Assembly: GCA_005887995.1 (NCBI GenBank)
Contig: VBJD01000030.1
Location: 2,025-66,024 of the forward strand
DNA from: Chloroflexota bacterium
GTDB taxonomy: Bacteria; Chloroflexota; Limnocylindria; P2-11E
DNA length: 64,000 nucleotides
Direction of reading: 5' to 3'
Shown: piece by piece, positions 9,160 to 18,738 of the stretch
Position numbering within the stretch: the stretch's first letter is position 1
How the letters are laid out: each line of letters begins with the position of its first letter
The notes under the pieces: generated by a model
Told to the model about the DNA's origin: nothing
The model's input: only the letters and a program-made list of their open reading frames with translations
Database searches by the model: none
Program-made: the position numbers and the translations under genes

Positions 9160-9906
9160 CTAGTTCGCGATGAACGAACGCCAGATCAGGTTGGCCACCG
9201 AGAGCACGAGGAGCACCACGATCAGCCGCCGAAAGAGCGCCGCGTCGAGCCGGCCGCGAAAGAAGATGCCCGCCAGCAAGCCGAGCAGCGTTGGCACGAG
9301 GCCGATGACGCCGATCGCGACGATCTCCGGCGTGTACAGGTGCTGCAGCGAGTACCCGATGAGCTGCACGACGCTGTTCAGCTCGAAGATCGCGGCGAGC
9401 ACGAAGACGAAGTCGGCAGGTGACAGGCGCCGCGCGTGGAAGTACGAGCCGACGAGCGGACTCGCGATGGAGGTCGTGCCCTGGAGCACGCCGCCGACGA
9501 AGCACACGAGCGGACCGAGGATGCGCGCGCGAAGCGCCGCGGGATCGTCGCCGAGCAGCCGATCGCCGCGCGCGAGGAAGAGCGCGACCATCCCGGAGAT
9601 GAGGAGCGCGAACGTGCGCTGATCGAGCTGCGCGAGCAGCAGTGTGCCGATGGCCGTGCCGACGATCGACGCCGCGATGAGCGAGCCGAGACCGCGCAGT
9701 AGGTCGCGTCGTCGGAAACCTTGCGTGAGCAGGAGCGAGTTCGCCGCGAAGACGGGGATCGTGGCGATCGCCACCGCCGTGCGCGGGCCGAACACGCCGG
9801 CGAGGATCGGCGTCATGATGAGCGGCAGTCCCATTCCCGCGAGCCCTTTGGCGAGCCCCGCGATGGCGAGGCCCACGATGAGGATCGCTAGCTCGAGCGG
9901 ACCCAA
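9160..9906 (-). CDS. TSUP (TauE/SafE, DUF81) family anion exporter/permease
   Basis: 248 aa and polytopic. GLAKGLAGMGLPLIMTPIL, typical of TSUP. Confidence 0.8.
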   Translation of the reverse strand: MGPLELAILIVGLAIAGLAKGLAGMGLPLIMTPILAGVFGPRTAVAIATIPVFAANSLLLTQGFRRRDLLRGLGSLIAASIVGTAIGTLLLAQLDQRTFALLISGMVALFLARGDRLLGDDPAALRARILGPLVCFVGGVLQGTTSIASPLVGSYFHARRLSPADFVFVLAAIFELNSVVQLIGYSLQHLYTPEIVAIGVIGLVPTLLGLLAGIFFRGRLDAALFRRLIVVLLVLSVANLIWRSFIAN

Positions 9907-11234
9907 TCCCCGTCCGGCACGAGCGCTCGCCAGTCGACGACGTGTAGCCGCTCGCTCTTCGTGTAGCGGCGGCCGGTCTTCGCGAGCGGCTTGCCGTTCA
10001 CGCGAACGATGTCCGCGGTGTGGTCGAATCCCGATCCTGAGACGAGCGCGGATCCCACGCCGTACACGTCGACCGGAACGCCGAGCTCCTCGAAGCGGCG
10101 GATCTTCGCGGCGTCGAAGCCGCCCGACGCGACGACACGTACGTGTCCGTAGCCCGCGTCGTCCAGCGCACGGCGCAGGAGGAAGACGAGGCGTGGCGTG
10201 ACGCCGCGTACGCCACCGTCGCGCACGAGACCGTCCGCGGCCTGGATCTCCGCGAGCACCGACTTGTCGATGAGCGTCTCACTCGTGTCGACGCGCACGC
10301 CCCAGAGGCGCTGTCCGAGCGCGTGCGCGAGGCCGAGCGACGTGTTCACGACGTCGTTGCGGAAGTCGACGAGCGCGGTGACGTTCACGTGTCCCTCAGG
10401 TGTGCCCTTCGCGGTGAGATGTCCGACCGCGTCGCGCGCGCGGTTGATGAACTCGTCGAACTTCAGCGTCGCCACGGTCGTGTCGCCGCCGTACACGGCG
10501 ATCAGCGCGTGGGGCACCGTGCCGAGCCCGGTCGAGCCCCACCACTCGCCCTGCTCGTCGGTGGACACACCGACCGCGCCGCCGACGTAGGCGGCGTAGC
10601 CCGATCCCGCCTGCGCCTCGTGGCCCTGATGGCGCGCCCCGAACATGATCACCGGCTTGGCGCGCGCCGCGGCGACGACATCGCGCGTATTCGTCGCGAC
10701 GCGTGTACCCTCCGAGAGCGCGCCGAGATAGAGCGTCTCAAGGTGCGCGAACGCGGCGTAGTCGCCCTCGATGTGCATGACCGGCTCGCGCGGTGCCGCG
10801 ATCTCACCGTCGTACAGCGACGAGACCGCGAGGTCCTGCCACGCCGGCTCCCACAGCGTCGCAAGCTCGTTCGAGAGCTCGTAGACCTCGCGCGCGACCG
10901 GCTCGTACGTCTCCCATGAGCCGCGCGGCAGCGCGAGCCAGTGCGCGTACAGGCGTCGCTCGGCGTCGAGATAGCGCGCGAAGAGCGTCTCCGACTTCGC
11001 ACGATCGTGGTAGGCGCCCGCCCCGACGTGGAGGAGCGCGAGCGTCTGGTCCGTACCGACGATGACCGCGTCGGGATGCTTTTGGAAGACCTGCATGGTG
11101 ACGCGGTCATGCCGCTGGTCCCGCTCGAGGATCAGCTTGGTTCGCGCGAAGTAGATGTCCGACTTGTAGCCCGCACGGATCTTCTCGATCGGCAGGCGGA
11201 AGACCTGCGGACGCAGCCGCTCGCTGACGATCAT
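9888..11234 (-). CDS. Nicotinate phosphoribosyltransferase family protein
   Basis: GYKSDIYFARTKLIL N-terminus, GTVPHALIAVYGGD, GVRVDTSE. Overlaps the TSUP start by 19 nt. Confidence 0.75.
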   Translation of the reverse strand: MIVSERLRPQVFRLPIEKIRAGYKSDIYFARTKLILERDQRHDRVTMQVFQKHPDAVIVGTDQTLALLHVGAGAYHDRAKSETLFARYLDAERRLYAHWLALPRGSWETYEPVAREVYELSNELATLWEPAWQDLAVSSLYDGEIAAPREPVMHIEGDYAAFAHLETLYLGALSEGTRVATNTRDVVAAARAKPVIMFGARHQGHEAQAGSGYAAYVGGAVGVSTDEQGEWWGSTGLGTVPHALIAVYGGDTTVATLKFDEFINRARDAVGHLTAKGTPEGHVNVTALVDFRNDVVNTSLGLAHALGQRLWGVRVDTSETLIDKSVLAEIQAADGLVRDGGVRGVTPRLVFLLRRALDDAGYGHVRVVASGGFDAAKIRRFEELGVPVDVYGVGSALVSGSGFDHTADIVRVNGKPLAKTGRRYTKSERLHVVDWRALVPDGDWVRSS

Positions 11235-11284
11235 CGGTATCGCTGATGGAAGCGGTGCATGCGACTAGAGTGCCACGCCTTCCA

Positions 11285-12043
11285 TCAGTGGAAAGTGGAC
11301 CGGAGAGCGATGATGCGGTCGAGCACGTCCGGGAGCTGCCGCATCCGTGAGCGTCCGACCGTGAGGCCGATGCGGTCGCCATCGACGACCAGCCTTCCGT
11401 TCTTCGCGTGCTCGAGCATCCACTCGCGCGTGCGTAATGGCAACGCGGCCCTTGCTGCGTCGGTGTCCGGCGCGTAGATCTGGAACCGTCGGTCGAACGC
11501 GCTGAGATTCGTCTCGCCTAGCCGCCGTCGCAGGTATTCCTTCGCCCCGAGCGGCTCGATGAGCATCGACGGCAGCGCCCGGTCGATCGTGGTTGTCGCG
11601 CACGTGATCTCGATGATGGCGGGGTCTTCGCTGATGTCCGCGTAGCGGTAGGTGAACGCAGCGACGCGTATGCCGCGCCAGGTGCCCGAGACGACGTTGA
11701 CGCAGCGTCCGCGATCGTCGGCCAGCCTCGACCCGAGACCCGCATAGGTCTGGTCGTCTTTCGAGAAGCACAGGCCGAGCTCGCCGGCGAAGCGCTCAAG
11801 CCGGTCGCAATGATCGCGGTACAGGCGCAACGACCGCAGTCCGAAAACGAGCCCACCAGTGACGAGCCCAGCCAGAGCTGCGCGCGCGATGGCCTCATTT
11901 ATCGCGATGTAGGCCGCGAACATTCCGAGCAACGCCACGGGCAGCAGCCAGTTGAGATAGATCTCGTCCCGCGCGAACCACAGGTGCAGCATGCCGACGA
12001 CCGCGAACGCGATCGCCGCTGCGAGCAGGACGTCCGTACTCAC
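11285..12043 (-). CDS. Membrane-anchored hypothetical protein
   Basis: Two or three N-terminal TM helices followed by a soluble domain. GTG 12043 overlaps the uppP stop (GTGA). Confidence 0.5.
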   Translation of the reverse strand: MSTDVLLAAAIAFAVVGMLHLWFARDEIYLNWLLPVALLGMFAAYIAINEAIARAALAGLVTGGLVFGLRSLRLYRDHCDRLERFAGELGLCFSKDDQTYAGLGSRLADDRGRCVNVVSGTWRGIRVAAFTYRYADISEDPAIIEITCATTTIDRALPSMLIEPLGAKEYLRRRLGETNLSAFDRRFQIYAPDTDAARAALPLRTREWMLEHAKNGRLVVDGDRIGLTVGRSRMRQLPDVLDRIIALRSTFH

Positions 12044-12837
12044 GGACGTGGGAAGGCGAGAATTAGGAATACGGCCAACGCCAGCGCGAGGCGGTACGCC
12101 ACGAACCAATTGAGCGAATGCGTCCGCACGAACCGCACGAGGAACGCGACCGCGGCGAGCCCCGATAGGAAGGAGACGACGAATCCCGCCGCGAGCACGT
12201 CAGGCGTCGCGAACAGCTCCGAGGCCTTCCTCGCGTCGAGCAGCGTCTTCAGGCCGGCGCCGAGGATGACCGGCGTCGCGAGCAGGAAGGAGAAGCGCGT
12301 CGCGTCCTCGCGCGTGACACCGCGAAGGAGCCCCGCGGAGATCGTGATGCCGGAGCGGCTGATGCCAGGAAGCAGCGCGATCGCCTGCGCCGCGCCCATG
12401 ACGATCGAGTCCGCGAACGAGAGCTGCGGCATCTGCTGACGCTGCGTCGCGAGCCGCTCGGCGACGACGAAGACGATCGAGCCCGCGATAAGGCCGACCA
12501 CGATCCAGATCGGCGCGCGCAGCGTTCGCTCGACGGTGCTCTCGAGCAGGAGGCCCGCGACAGCCGCGGGGAGCGTGCCGACGACGACGAGCGCGGGCAT
12601 GTGCCACCGACCGCGGAGAAGGTCGACGACAATGCCGATCCACGTGCGCGCGAAGTAGAGGAGCACCGCGAGCGCGGTGCCCAGATGCAGCGCGACGTCA
12701 AAGGACAGCCCGAACTTTTCGGGATCGAGTCCGAGCGCGCCGGAGACCAGGATGAGGTGCGCCGTCGAGCTCACGGGGAGGAACTCGGTGAGGCCCTGGA
12801 CGAGTCCGAGGATGACCGCCGCCGCCAGGTCGCTCAC
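12040..12837 (-). CDS. uppP: Undecaprenyl-diphosphate phosphatase
   Basis: GLVQGLTEFLPVSSTAHL and PGISRSGITI motifs. Start taken at GTG 12837, directly after the upstream stop. Confidence 0.9.
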   Translation of the reverse strand: MSDLAAAVILGLVQGLTEFLPVSSTAHLILVSGALGLDPEKFGLSFDVALHLGTALAVLLYFARTWIGIVVDLLRGRWHMPALVVVGTLPAAVAGLLLESTVERTLRAPIWIVVGLIAGSIVFVVAERLATQRQQMPQLSFADSIVMGAAQAIALLPGISRSGITISAGLLRGVTREDATRFSFLLATPVILGAGLKTLLDARKASELFATPDVLAAGFVVSFLSGLAAVAFLVRFVRTHSLNWFVAYRLALALAVFLILAFPRP

Positions 12838-12839
12838 GC

Positions 12840-13793
12840 TCAATGGAGCGCGTCTTTCGCCGCGGCGAGCGCCGCGTGCGCTTCGCGTTCCAGCCCGATG
12901 ATGGCGTCGAGCTGCTTCGCCCACGCACGGCGACTGCCAACGTCAAGGAAGCGCATCGCGACCGAACCGTCGAACGGACCGGTGCCGACCTTCGCGCACG
13001 CGTCGGCGACGTAGCCGTACGACTCGGCAGCGCGCAGGATGTCGGCGCCGGGCGACGACGAGAAGATGCTGCGCACGCTGCGCAAGAACCGCGCCGCGCC
13101 GCGGCGCTTGTCTGCGAGGATCGTGCGCATCGCGTGATCGCCGAACGCCGCTGCGCCGGCGTGTTTCGTGTCCGACCAGCGCGCGTCGTCGCGCAGTCCC
13201 TCGAGCCAATTGCGTAGCGCGTCCTCGTTGTCGCGCGCGGTCGCCACGGCATGTCCGATCGCCTCGCCCGCGACCTTCGCACGATCTGGCGCCGCGCCCC
13301 GATCGAGGAACGCGACCAGCCCGTGCTCCGCGTCGGCAAATGCGCTCCAGCCGATCTTCGTGGGCTTGTCCGTCTTGTCGAAGTAGGTCCGCGCGAGGAA
13401 CGTCGGCCCCTCCTCGTCGTAGCCGACGATGAGGCCGTACTCGGGCGGGCCCGCGATCCCCTTTACGAGGGGCGGCATCTTGGCGTCGATCGCTTCCGCG
13501 ACGCGATCGAGCACGAGCGCGCGCATCTCATCGTCGAAGGGCGGGCCGACGACGTCCGGCTTCGTCCCCGTCGCCTGCGCGGCGCGCGACAGTGTCGCGT
13601 CGTCGAGCGGCGCGGCGGCGAGCGGATCCCACGTCGCGGCGTCGATCGTCGACGTGAACGCCGCGCCCGATACGCCCATCACCCAGTCGTACTCGCTGCC
13701 CGTCGCCAGTGCGAGACATGCGGGGAGCGTGCAGTCGCGTCCTTCGCCGAACCGCAGTGGGGGAATGTCCTTCAGGACACGGCTTCGCGCCAT
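12840..13793 (-). CDS. Hypothetical protein, possibly BtrH_N/DUF4872-like (papain-fold)
   Basis: 317-aa ORF with coding-like composition. DCTLPACLALATGSEYDWVMGVSGAAF resembles the BtrH N-terminal Cys region. The family assignment is tentative. Confidence 0.45.
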   Translation of the reverse strand: MARSRVLKDIPPLRFGEGRDCTLPACLALATGSEYDWVMGVSGAAFTSTIDAATWDPLAAAPLDDATLSRAAQATGTKPDVVGPPFDDEMRALVLDRVAEAIDAKMPPLVKGIAGPPEYGLIVGYDEEGPTFLARTYFDKTDKPTKIGWSAFADAEHGLVAFLDRGAAPDRAKVAGEAIGHAVATARDNEDALRNWLEGLRDDARWSDTKHAGAAAFGDHAMRTILADKRRGAARFLRSVRSIFSSSPGADILRAAESYGYVADACAKVGTGPFDGSVAMRFLDVGSRRAWAKQLDAIIGLEREAHAALAAAKDALH

Positions 13794-14215
13794 CAGGCGT
13801 CGGCGGGAAGGATCACGAACGATCCGCCGCCGCGCAGGGGCCGCACGACGCGAAAGTGGCGCTCGTCAAGGGTCAGGAGGCGGGTCGTCCCTGCGCGCGC
13901 CGCGATCACGACCACGGCGGCATCGGCAAGACCGAGGCCGAGATCTCGGTACCGCTCGATGATGTCCGTCGCAACTCCGATGTCCTCACCCGCCAGACTC
14001 TCCAATTGATATGCGTCGGTCGCGACATCACGAAGCAGCTTTATTTCGGCGTCGACGCCGACGCGCGTCGAGATCATGTAGTCGACCTCGCTGAGGATGA
14101 TCTCGGGGAGAATGAAGGGTCCCTTATCGCTGTCCACCGTGGCGCGGACGCGCTCGTGCTGCGGCTGGTTATTGTCGATCAGCGCGAGCACGCCACTCGT
14201 GTCGAGGACGATCAA
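13793..14215 (-). CDS. vapC: PIN-domain toxin VapC
   Basis: MIVLDTSGVLAL, ILSEVDY, LGLADAAVV, TLDERHF (acidic PIN residues). Overlaps vapB by 4 nt. Confidence 0.85.
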   Translation of the reverse strand: MIVLDTSGVLALIDNNQPQHERVRATVDSDKGPFILPEIILSEVDYMISTRVGVDAEIKLLRDVATDAYQLESLAGEDIGVATDIIERYRDLGLGLADAAVVVIAARAGTTRLLTLDERHFRVVRPLRGGGSFVILPADA

Positions 14216-14439
14216 CGAAGGCCGAAGCCCTTACGCAGCTCCTCGTCTATCCGAGCGGGATCGGACAGGGTGGGATCGCCACTGCTGAAGAGCGGGAATG
14301 TAGGCCGCTTCGCCGTGCCCGCGACTACCCGCTCAATGCCATCGCGAATGAGCTCGGCCTCGGAGACGCCGAGCTCCTTTGCTCTGCGCGCGAGACGACG
14401 CTTTGTGGACTCATGAAGGTAGACCGTCGTCTTGATCAT
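14212..14439 (-). CDS. vapB: Ribbon-helix-helix (CopG-type) antitoxin VapB
   Basis: KTTVYLHESTKRRLARRAKELGVSEAELIRDGIE, 75 aa. Confidence 0.8.
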   Translation of the reverse strand: MIKTTVYLHESTKRRLARRAKELGVSEAELIRDGIERVVAGTAKRPTFPLFSSGDPTLSDPARIDEELRKGFGLR

Positions 14440-14483
14440 CCGTGTATGGTAGCACGTATGGTACGGCGGGCAGGTCCGCCGGG

Positions 14484-15440
14484 CTAGCTGCCATTCTCAT
14501 CCGGGGAGAAGGCGTGCTTGAGGATCGTGAGCACCTGCAGTGTGACCCACTTCGACGCATCGACGCGCGAGGCCATGCGGTCGGCGTACGGCGCGCGACC
14601 CGCCCACCGGCCGCGCGAATCCTGCCGCGCCAGTAGCCACGCGATCGCGGGCTGTGCGCGCGGGTCGTCGATCTCGCCGGCCGCGTCGATCGCGCGCAGC
14701 ACGAACAGCACGTCCGCCTGGTAGAAGAGCGGGAACGAGAGCTGGCGCCAGAGGTAGCTCGGCTCGCTCGCCGTCGGATAGCGGCCGCGCTCGAGCTTGT
14801 ACGAGAGCAAGAACTCGACGCCGCGGCGCAGCGTGCGCTCGACATCGCGCGTGCGCGCTGGCTCGGGCAGCGCCGCAAGGCCCCAGATGAGCCGCGAGTA
14901 GCCCCAGGCGCACGGGTCGTCGCCGTTGATGACGCACGCCGCGTCGTACTTCTTCGATTCACGCACGAGCCGCTGGACGAGCGGTTCGAGTCTCGCGTCC
15001 CCCCCGTATCCGGCCATTGACACGTAGCGCACGACGTTGCCGACGAAGCACGACACGCCGTGATCGCGCTCGAACACCCAGCCCATGCCGGCGTGATCAG
15101 GTTGCGAGACGTCCTCGAGGACCCGTCGCGCCGCGCGGCGCACGCGCGGATCGCCGGGGTCGGCCCCGTACTCGATGAGCAGCAGGTTCGACCAATGCGT
15201 GCCCTGGTACTTCGGGCCGTACATGTTCGGACCGGGCCAGCTGCCGTCGGTGCGCTGACGCTTGAGCAGCGTCGAGATCGGCGGTGAGGACATCGCGCGT
15301 TGCTGCGTCTCGCGCAGGTCGGCATCGCGCGGCCCGCGGTCGAGAAGCTGGCGCAGCGTGAGCGTGCGCACCGCGGGATCGGACTTCTCGAGCAGCCACG
15401 GCAGCGGATCGCCGTGCAGCAGCGTCTGCCAGAGCATCAA
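14484..15440 (-). CDS. Prenyltransferase/squalene-oxidase-repeat (alpha/alpha-toroid) protein
   Basis: QxxDGSW-type repeats (KRQRTDGSWPG, ARQDSRGRWAG). ATGA overlap with the pmbA stop. Confidence 0.6.
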   Translation of the reverse strand: MMLWQTLLHGDPLPWLLEKSDPAVRTLTLRQLLDRGPRDADLRETQQRAMSSPPISTLLKRQRTDGSWPGPNMYGPKYQGTHWSNLLLIEYGADPGDPRVRRAARRVLEDVSQPDHAGMGWVFERDHGVSCFVGNVVRYVSMAGYGGDARLEPLVQRLVRESKKYDAACVINGDDPCAWGYSRLIWGLAALPEPARTRDVERTLRRGVEFLLSYKLERGRYPTASEPSYLWRQLSFPLFYQADVLFVLRAIDAAGEIDDPRAQPAIAWLLARQDSRGRWAGRAPYADRMASRVDASKWVTLQVLTILKHAFSPDENGS

Positions 15441-16789
15441 GTGCCGCCGATCGAGAGCTCGGAGATGAGCAAGGTCGGACTACCGAGGCCGCTTGGTCCG
15501 AAGACGAGATCGGTCCCCACACTGACAACCGACGAGAGCAGATCCGTGAGGTTGCCCGCGATGGTGATGCCCTGCACCGGATGCACCGGCGCGCCTTTCT
15601 CGAGGAACGTGCCCGTCGCGCCGAGCGAGAACTCCCCGGAGACGGGGTCGATCGTGTGGAGGTTCAGCAGACTGGTGACGGCGAGCGCGCGATCGAGGCG
15701 GGCGACCATCGTCTTCGGATCGTCGACGCCCGCCTGAATGTAGAAATTGGACGGTCCGATGCGACTCGGTGATGCGTACGATCCGCGCCGCGCGTTTCCG
15801 CTGGACGACGTGCTCATCTTGTTCGCCGTCTTCATGTTCGTCAGGTAGCCGCGCAGCACGCCTTTGTCCACGAGCGTTCGTGTCGTCGTCGGCGTGCCCT
15901 CACCATCGAACGGTGCGCTGCGCAGGCCGCCCTTGCGACGCGCGTCGTCGACGATCGTGACGCGCTCGTTCGCCACCTTGCTCCCGACCTTGTTCGCGAA
16001 GAGGCTCCGGCCCTTCAGCACGTTGTCCGCGGAGAAGAGGGGCGCGATCGCGCCGAGGAGACTCTGCGCCATCCACGGGTCCAGCACGACCGGTAGCTTC
16101 TGCGTCGCGAACGGCTTCGCCCCCAGCTTGTCCGTCGCGCGCTTCGCGGCGCGCGCGCCGATCGCGGCCGGATCGAGGTCCTCGAGCCGTCGCGCGCCTT
16201 CGCCGTGGTAGCCGATCTGACGCTCGCCGTTGCTCGTCGCGACCGGGCTCGTCATCGCACCGCAGGTGGTCTCGCGATACGACGCGCGCACGCCCGTCGT
16301 CGTCGCGATGATCGTCGTCACCTCGGCGTCGAGGTACGAAGTCTTTCGGAAATGCGTGATCCGCGGATCCGCGCCGCGCGCGGCCTTCTCGACGGCGAGC
16401 GCGATCGCGCCGCGGTCCGCGAGCGCCCGCCGCTCGAGACCGGCGTGGTAGATCGCGAGGTCAGCGACGTCGAGCGCGCGGCTCGCGATGCGCAGATCAG
16501 CGTCCGGCTCGGTGATGCGCGACATGCGACGCGATTGCTCGACGCACGCCTCGATGCCCGCTGCCGCGAGGTCGGAGGAATGCGCGAAGCCCATCCGTTC
16601 GCCATCGAGCACGCGCACGCCAAGTCCGCGTTCGCCGCGAGCGATGACGACCTCGATCTCCCCGTCCTTCGTCTCGACCGTGCCCGACTGCGCCTCACGG
16701 AGGAAGACCTCCGCGGTGCGCGCGCCGGCGGAGCGCAGTGCGCTGAGCGCGCGATCGATGACTTCATCATTGCTGAGCCGCTGCGTCAC
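15437..16789 (-). CDS. pmbA: PmbA/TldE metalloprotease subunit
   Basis: TldD/PmbA family features (GLGVRVLDGERMGFAHS, C-terminal GEFSLGATG). GTG 16789 overlaps the tldD stop (GTGA). The track ORF extends to 17002 inside tldD. Confidence 0.85.
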   Translation of the reverse strand: MTQRLSNDEVIDRALSALRSAGARTAEVFLREAQSGTVETKDGEIEVVIARGERGLGVRVLDGERMGFAHSSDLAAAGIEACVEQSRRMSRITEPDADLRIASRALDVADLAIYHAGLERRALADRGAIALAVEKAARGADPRITHFRKTSYLDAEVTTIIATTTGVRASYRETTCGAMTSPVATSNGERQIGYHGEGARRLEDLDPAAIGARAAKRATDKLGAKPFATQKLPVVLDPWMAQSLLGAIAPLFSADNVLKGRSLFANKVGSKVANERVTIVDDARRKGGLRSAPFDGEGTPTTTRTLVDKGVLRGYLTNMKTANKMSTSSSGNARRGSYASPSRIGPSNFYIQAGVDDPKTMVARLDRALAVTSLLNLHTIDPVSGEFSLGATGTFLEKGAPVHPVQGITIAGNLTDLLSSVVSVGTDLVFGPSGLGSPTLLISELSIGGT

Positions 16790-18171
16790 TTGAGCTTGCC
16801 GCCCACGACGACCTTCGGGATCCGGAGCGTGGGCTGTGCATCGGCGACCGGCGCGCCCTGGCCATCCTTGCCGCACGTGCCTGTCGAGTAGCCGAGGTCC
16901 CAGCCGACCATGTCGATCTCGCTCATGAGCTTCGGTCCCTGACCAACGAGCGTCGCCCCACGCAGCGGCTCGGCGAGCTTGCCGTCGCGGATGCGGAAGC
17001 ACTCGGTGATCTCGAACGCGAAGTTGCCCGACACCACGTCGACCTGGCCACCGCCCATCTTCTTCACGAAGACGCCGTCCTTCACCGAACTGAGGATCTG
17101 GTCGGGGTCGGACTCGCCGCGCTCGATCATCGTGTTCGTCATTCGGCAGATCGGCAGATAGCGGAACGATTCGCGGCGCGCGTTGCCACTCCGTTTGATG
17201 CCGAGCTTCTCGGAGTGCCTGCGGTCCGAGAGGTACGTCCTCAGCACGCCCTTTTCGATGAGCACGGTGCGCTGGGTCGGCGTGCCCTCGTCATCCATGG
17301 CCGCCGTGCCGCGCTGACCCGGATCGCGCCCATCGTCGACGACCGTGATGAGCTCGCTTGCGACCTTTTCGCCGATCCGGCCGGAATAGACCGACAGGCC
17401 CTTTAGGTTCAGGTCGGCCTCGAGGCCGTGCCCTACGGACTCGTGGATGAGGGTGCCGCCGGCCTCGCTCGAGAGGACGACCGTGTACGTGCCCGCCGGC
17501 GCCGGCTCCGCGCCCACGTTCTGCACGGCGCGGTGGGCCGCGGTCGTCGCGGCCTCGACGATGACGTCCTCGCCGAGCATCTCGAAGCCGCGCGTCCCGC
17601 GCACCGCCTCGAAGCCGGATTCGAGCACCTCGCCCCGCTTCGCGACGACGTTCACCGCGAAGTTCACGCGCACGCGCAGGTCGGTGCGATGCGTGCCGTC
17701 CGAGTTCGAGACGAGCACGTCCTGGCAGCTTTCGGCGTACGAGACGGTCGCCTGGATGACACGCGGATCGAACGCCCGTGCGACCTCGTTGGCCTTCTTG
17801 AGGAGTGCGACCTTGCGCTCGACGGGCACGCTGCGCGGGTCGATCGCCACGGGGTGCGTGCGCTCGAGCTCGTCGGGCGCGAGGCGCGCAGCCTCGTGGA
17901 GCTCTCCGCCGTCCGAGACGCTCCCGGCCGCCCGGCCAGCGAGCGACATGATGTCGTCGACGTCGGTGACGTTCCCGTTCGCGTACGTCGTCCGCTCGCC
18001 GTTCGTGACGCGGATCCCGGCGCCCTGGTCGACACCGGTGATCGCGTCCTCGATGCGACCGTCGTCGAGAACGAGCTGCAGCGTTTCGTGTCGTTCCCAG
18101 AAGAGCTCTGCGAAGTCACCGCCACGTGAGAGCGCGGTCCGCAGCGCTCGCTCTGCATCGCGCGCGGACAA
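16786..18171 (-). CDS. tldD: TldD metalloprotease
   Basis: HESVGHGLEAD zinc motif and GAGIRVTNGERTTYA. TTG start. Confidence 0.9.
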   Translation of the reverse strand: MSARDAERALRTALSRGGDFAELFWERHETLQLVLDDGRIEDAITGVDQGAGIRVTNGERTTYANGNVTDVDDIMSLAGRAAGSVSDGGELHEAARLAPDELERTHPVAIDPRSVPVERKVALLKKANEVARAFDPRVIQATVSYAESCQDVLVSNSDGTHRTDLRVRVNFAVNVVAKRGEVLESGFEAVRGTRGFEMLGEDVIVEAATTAAHRAVQNVGAEPAPAGTYTVVLSSEAGGTLIHESVGHGLEADLNLKGLSVYSGRIGEKVASELITVVDDGRDPGQRGTAAMDDEGTPTQRTVLIEKGVLRTYLSDRRHSEKLGIKRSGNARRESFRYLPICRMTNTMIERGESDPDQILSSVKDGVFVKKMGGGQVDVVSGNFAFEITECFRIRDGKLAEPLRGATLVGQGPKLMSEIDMVGWDLGYSTGTCGKDGQGAPVADAQPTLRIPKVVVGGKLK

Positions 18172-18291
18172 AGTTGGAGTACGCGTGATGGTCAGCGTGC
18201 TGGCGATGCCCTCTCTCCCCTTGCCGCTGTACGCGCGCTTCGCGCGCTAGAGAGGCCCCAGCCCCTCCGGCGACGATGAGGATACGACTCG

Positions 18292-18699
18292 CTAGTCGCC
18301 GATGACAGTAACGATGGCGTGGCGCTCGCGCGGTCCATCGAAATCAGCGAAGTAAACGCCCTGCCATCTCCCGAGCACGAGTTCACCATCACGGATCGCG
18401 AGACTCACATCGTTCCCGGTCAACACACTCTTGATGTGCGCGTCCGCATTTCCTTCAGCGTGCGCGAACTCCTCATCACGTGGCACGAGCTTTCCGAGAT
18501 GTGAGAGCAGGTCCTTCTGCACGGCGGGATCGGCGTTCTCGTTTACGAACACTCCGGCGGTCGTGTGCTGTACGGCGACGACGCAGATCCCGTTCGTCAC
18601 CTTCGAACGCGTGACCGCGGCTCGCAAACGCGCGGTGATGTCGATGGTCGAGACCTTCGTCCTCGTCTCGACCGTGAGTGTCTCGTGATGGACCGCCAT
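18292..18699 (-). CDS. YjbQ/UPF0047 family protein (secondary thiamine-phosphate synthase fold)
   Basis: VQHTTAGVFVNENADP, NADAHIKS, LGRWQGVYF. Confidence 0.85.
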   Translation of the reverse strand: MAVHHETLTVETRTKVSTIDITARLRAAVTRSKVTNGICVVAVQHTTAGVFVNENADPAVQKDLLSHLGKLVPRDEEFAHAEGNADAHIKSVLTGNDVSLAIRDGELVLGRWQGVYFADFDGPRERHAIVTVIGD

Positions 18700-18738
18700 G
18701 TCCGCGCTGACGATAGGGTCCGCCTAGGCTTCGCGCCG

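Noticed and set aside
14975-15005. GGTTCGAGTCTCGC, reminiscent of a tRNA T-arm
   Set aside because: The flanking bases do not form a T-stem or an acceptor stem, and the site is inside a well-supported CDS. No tRNA is called.
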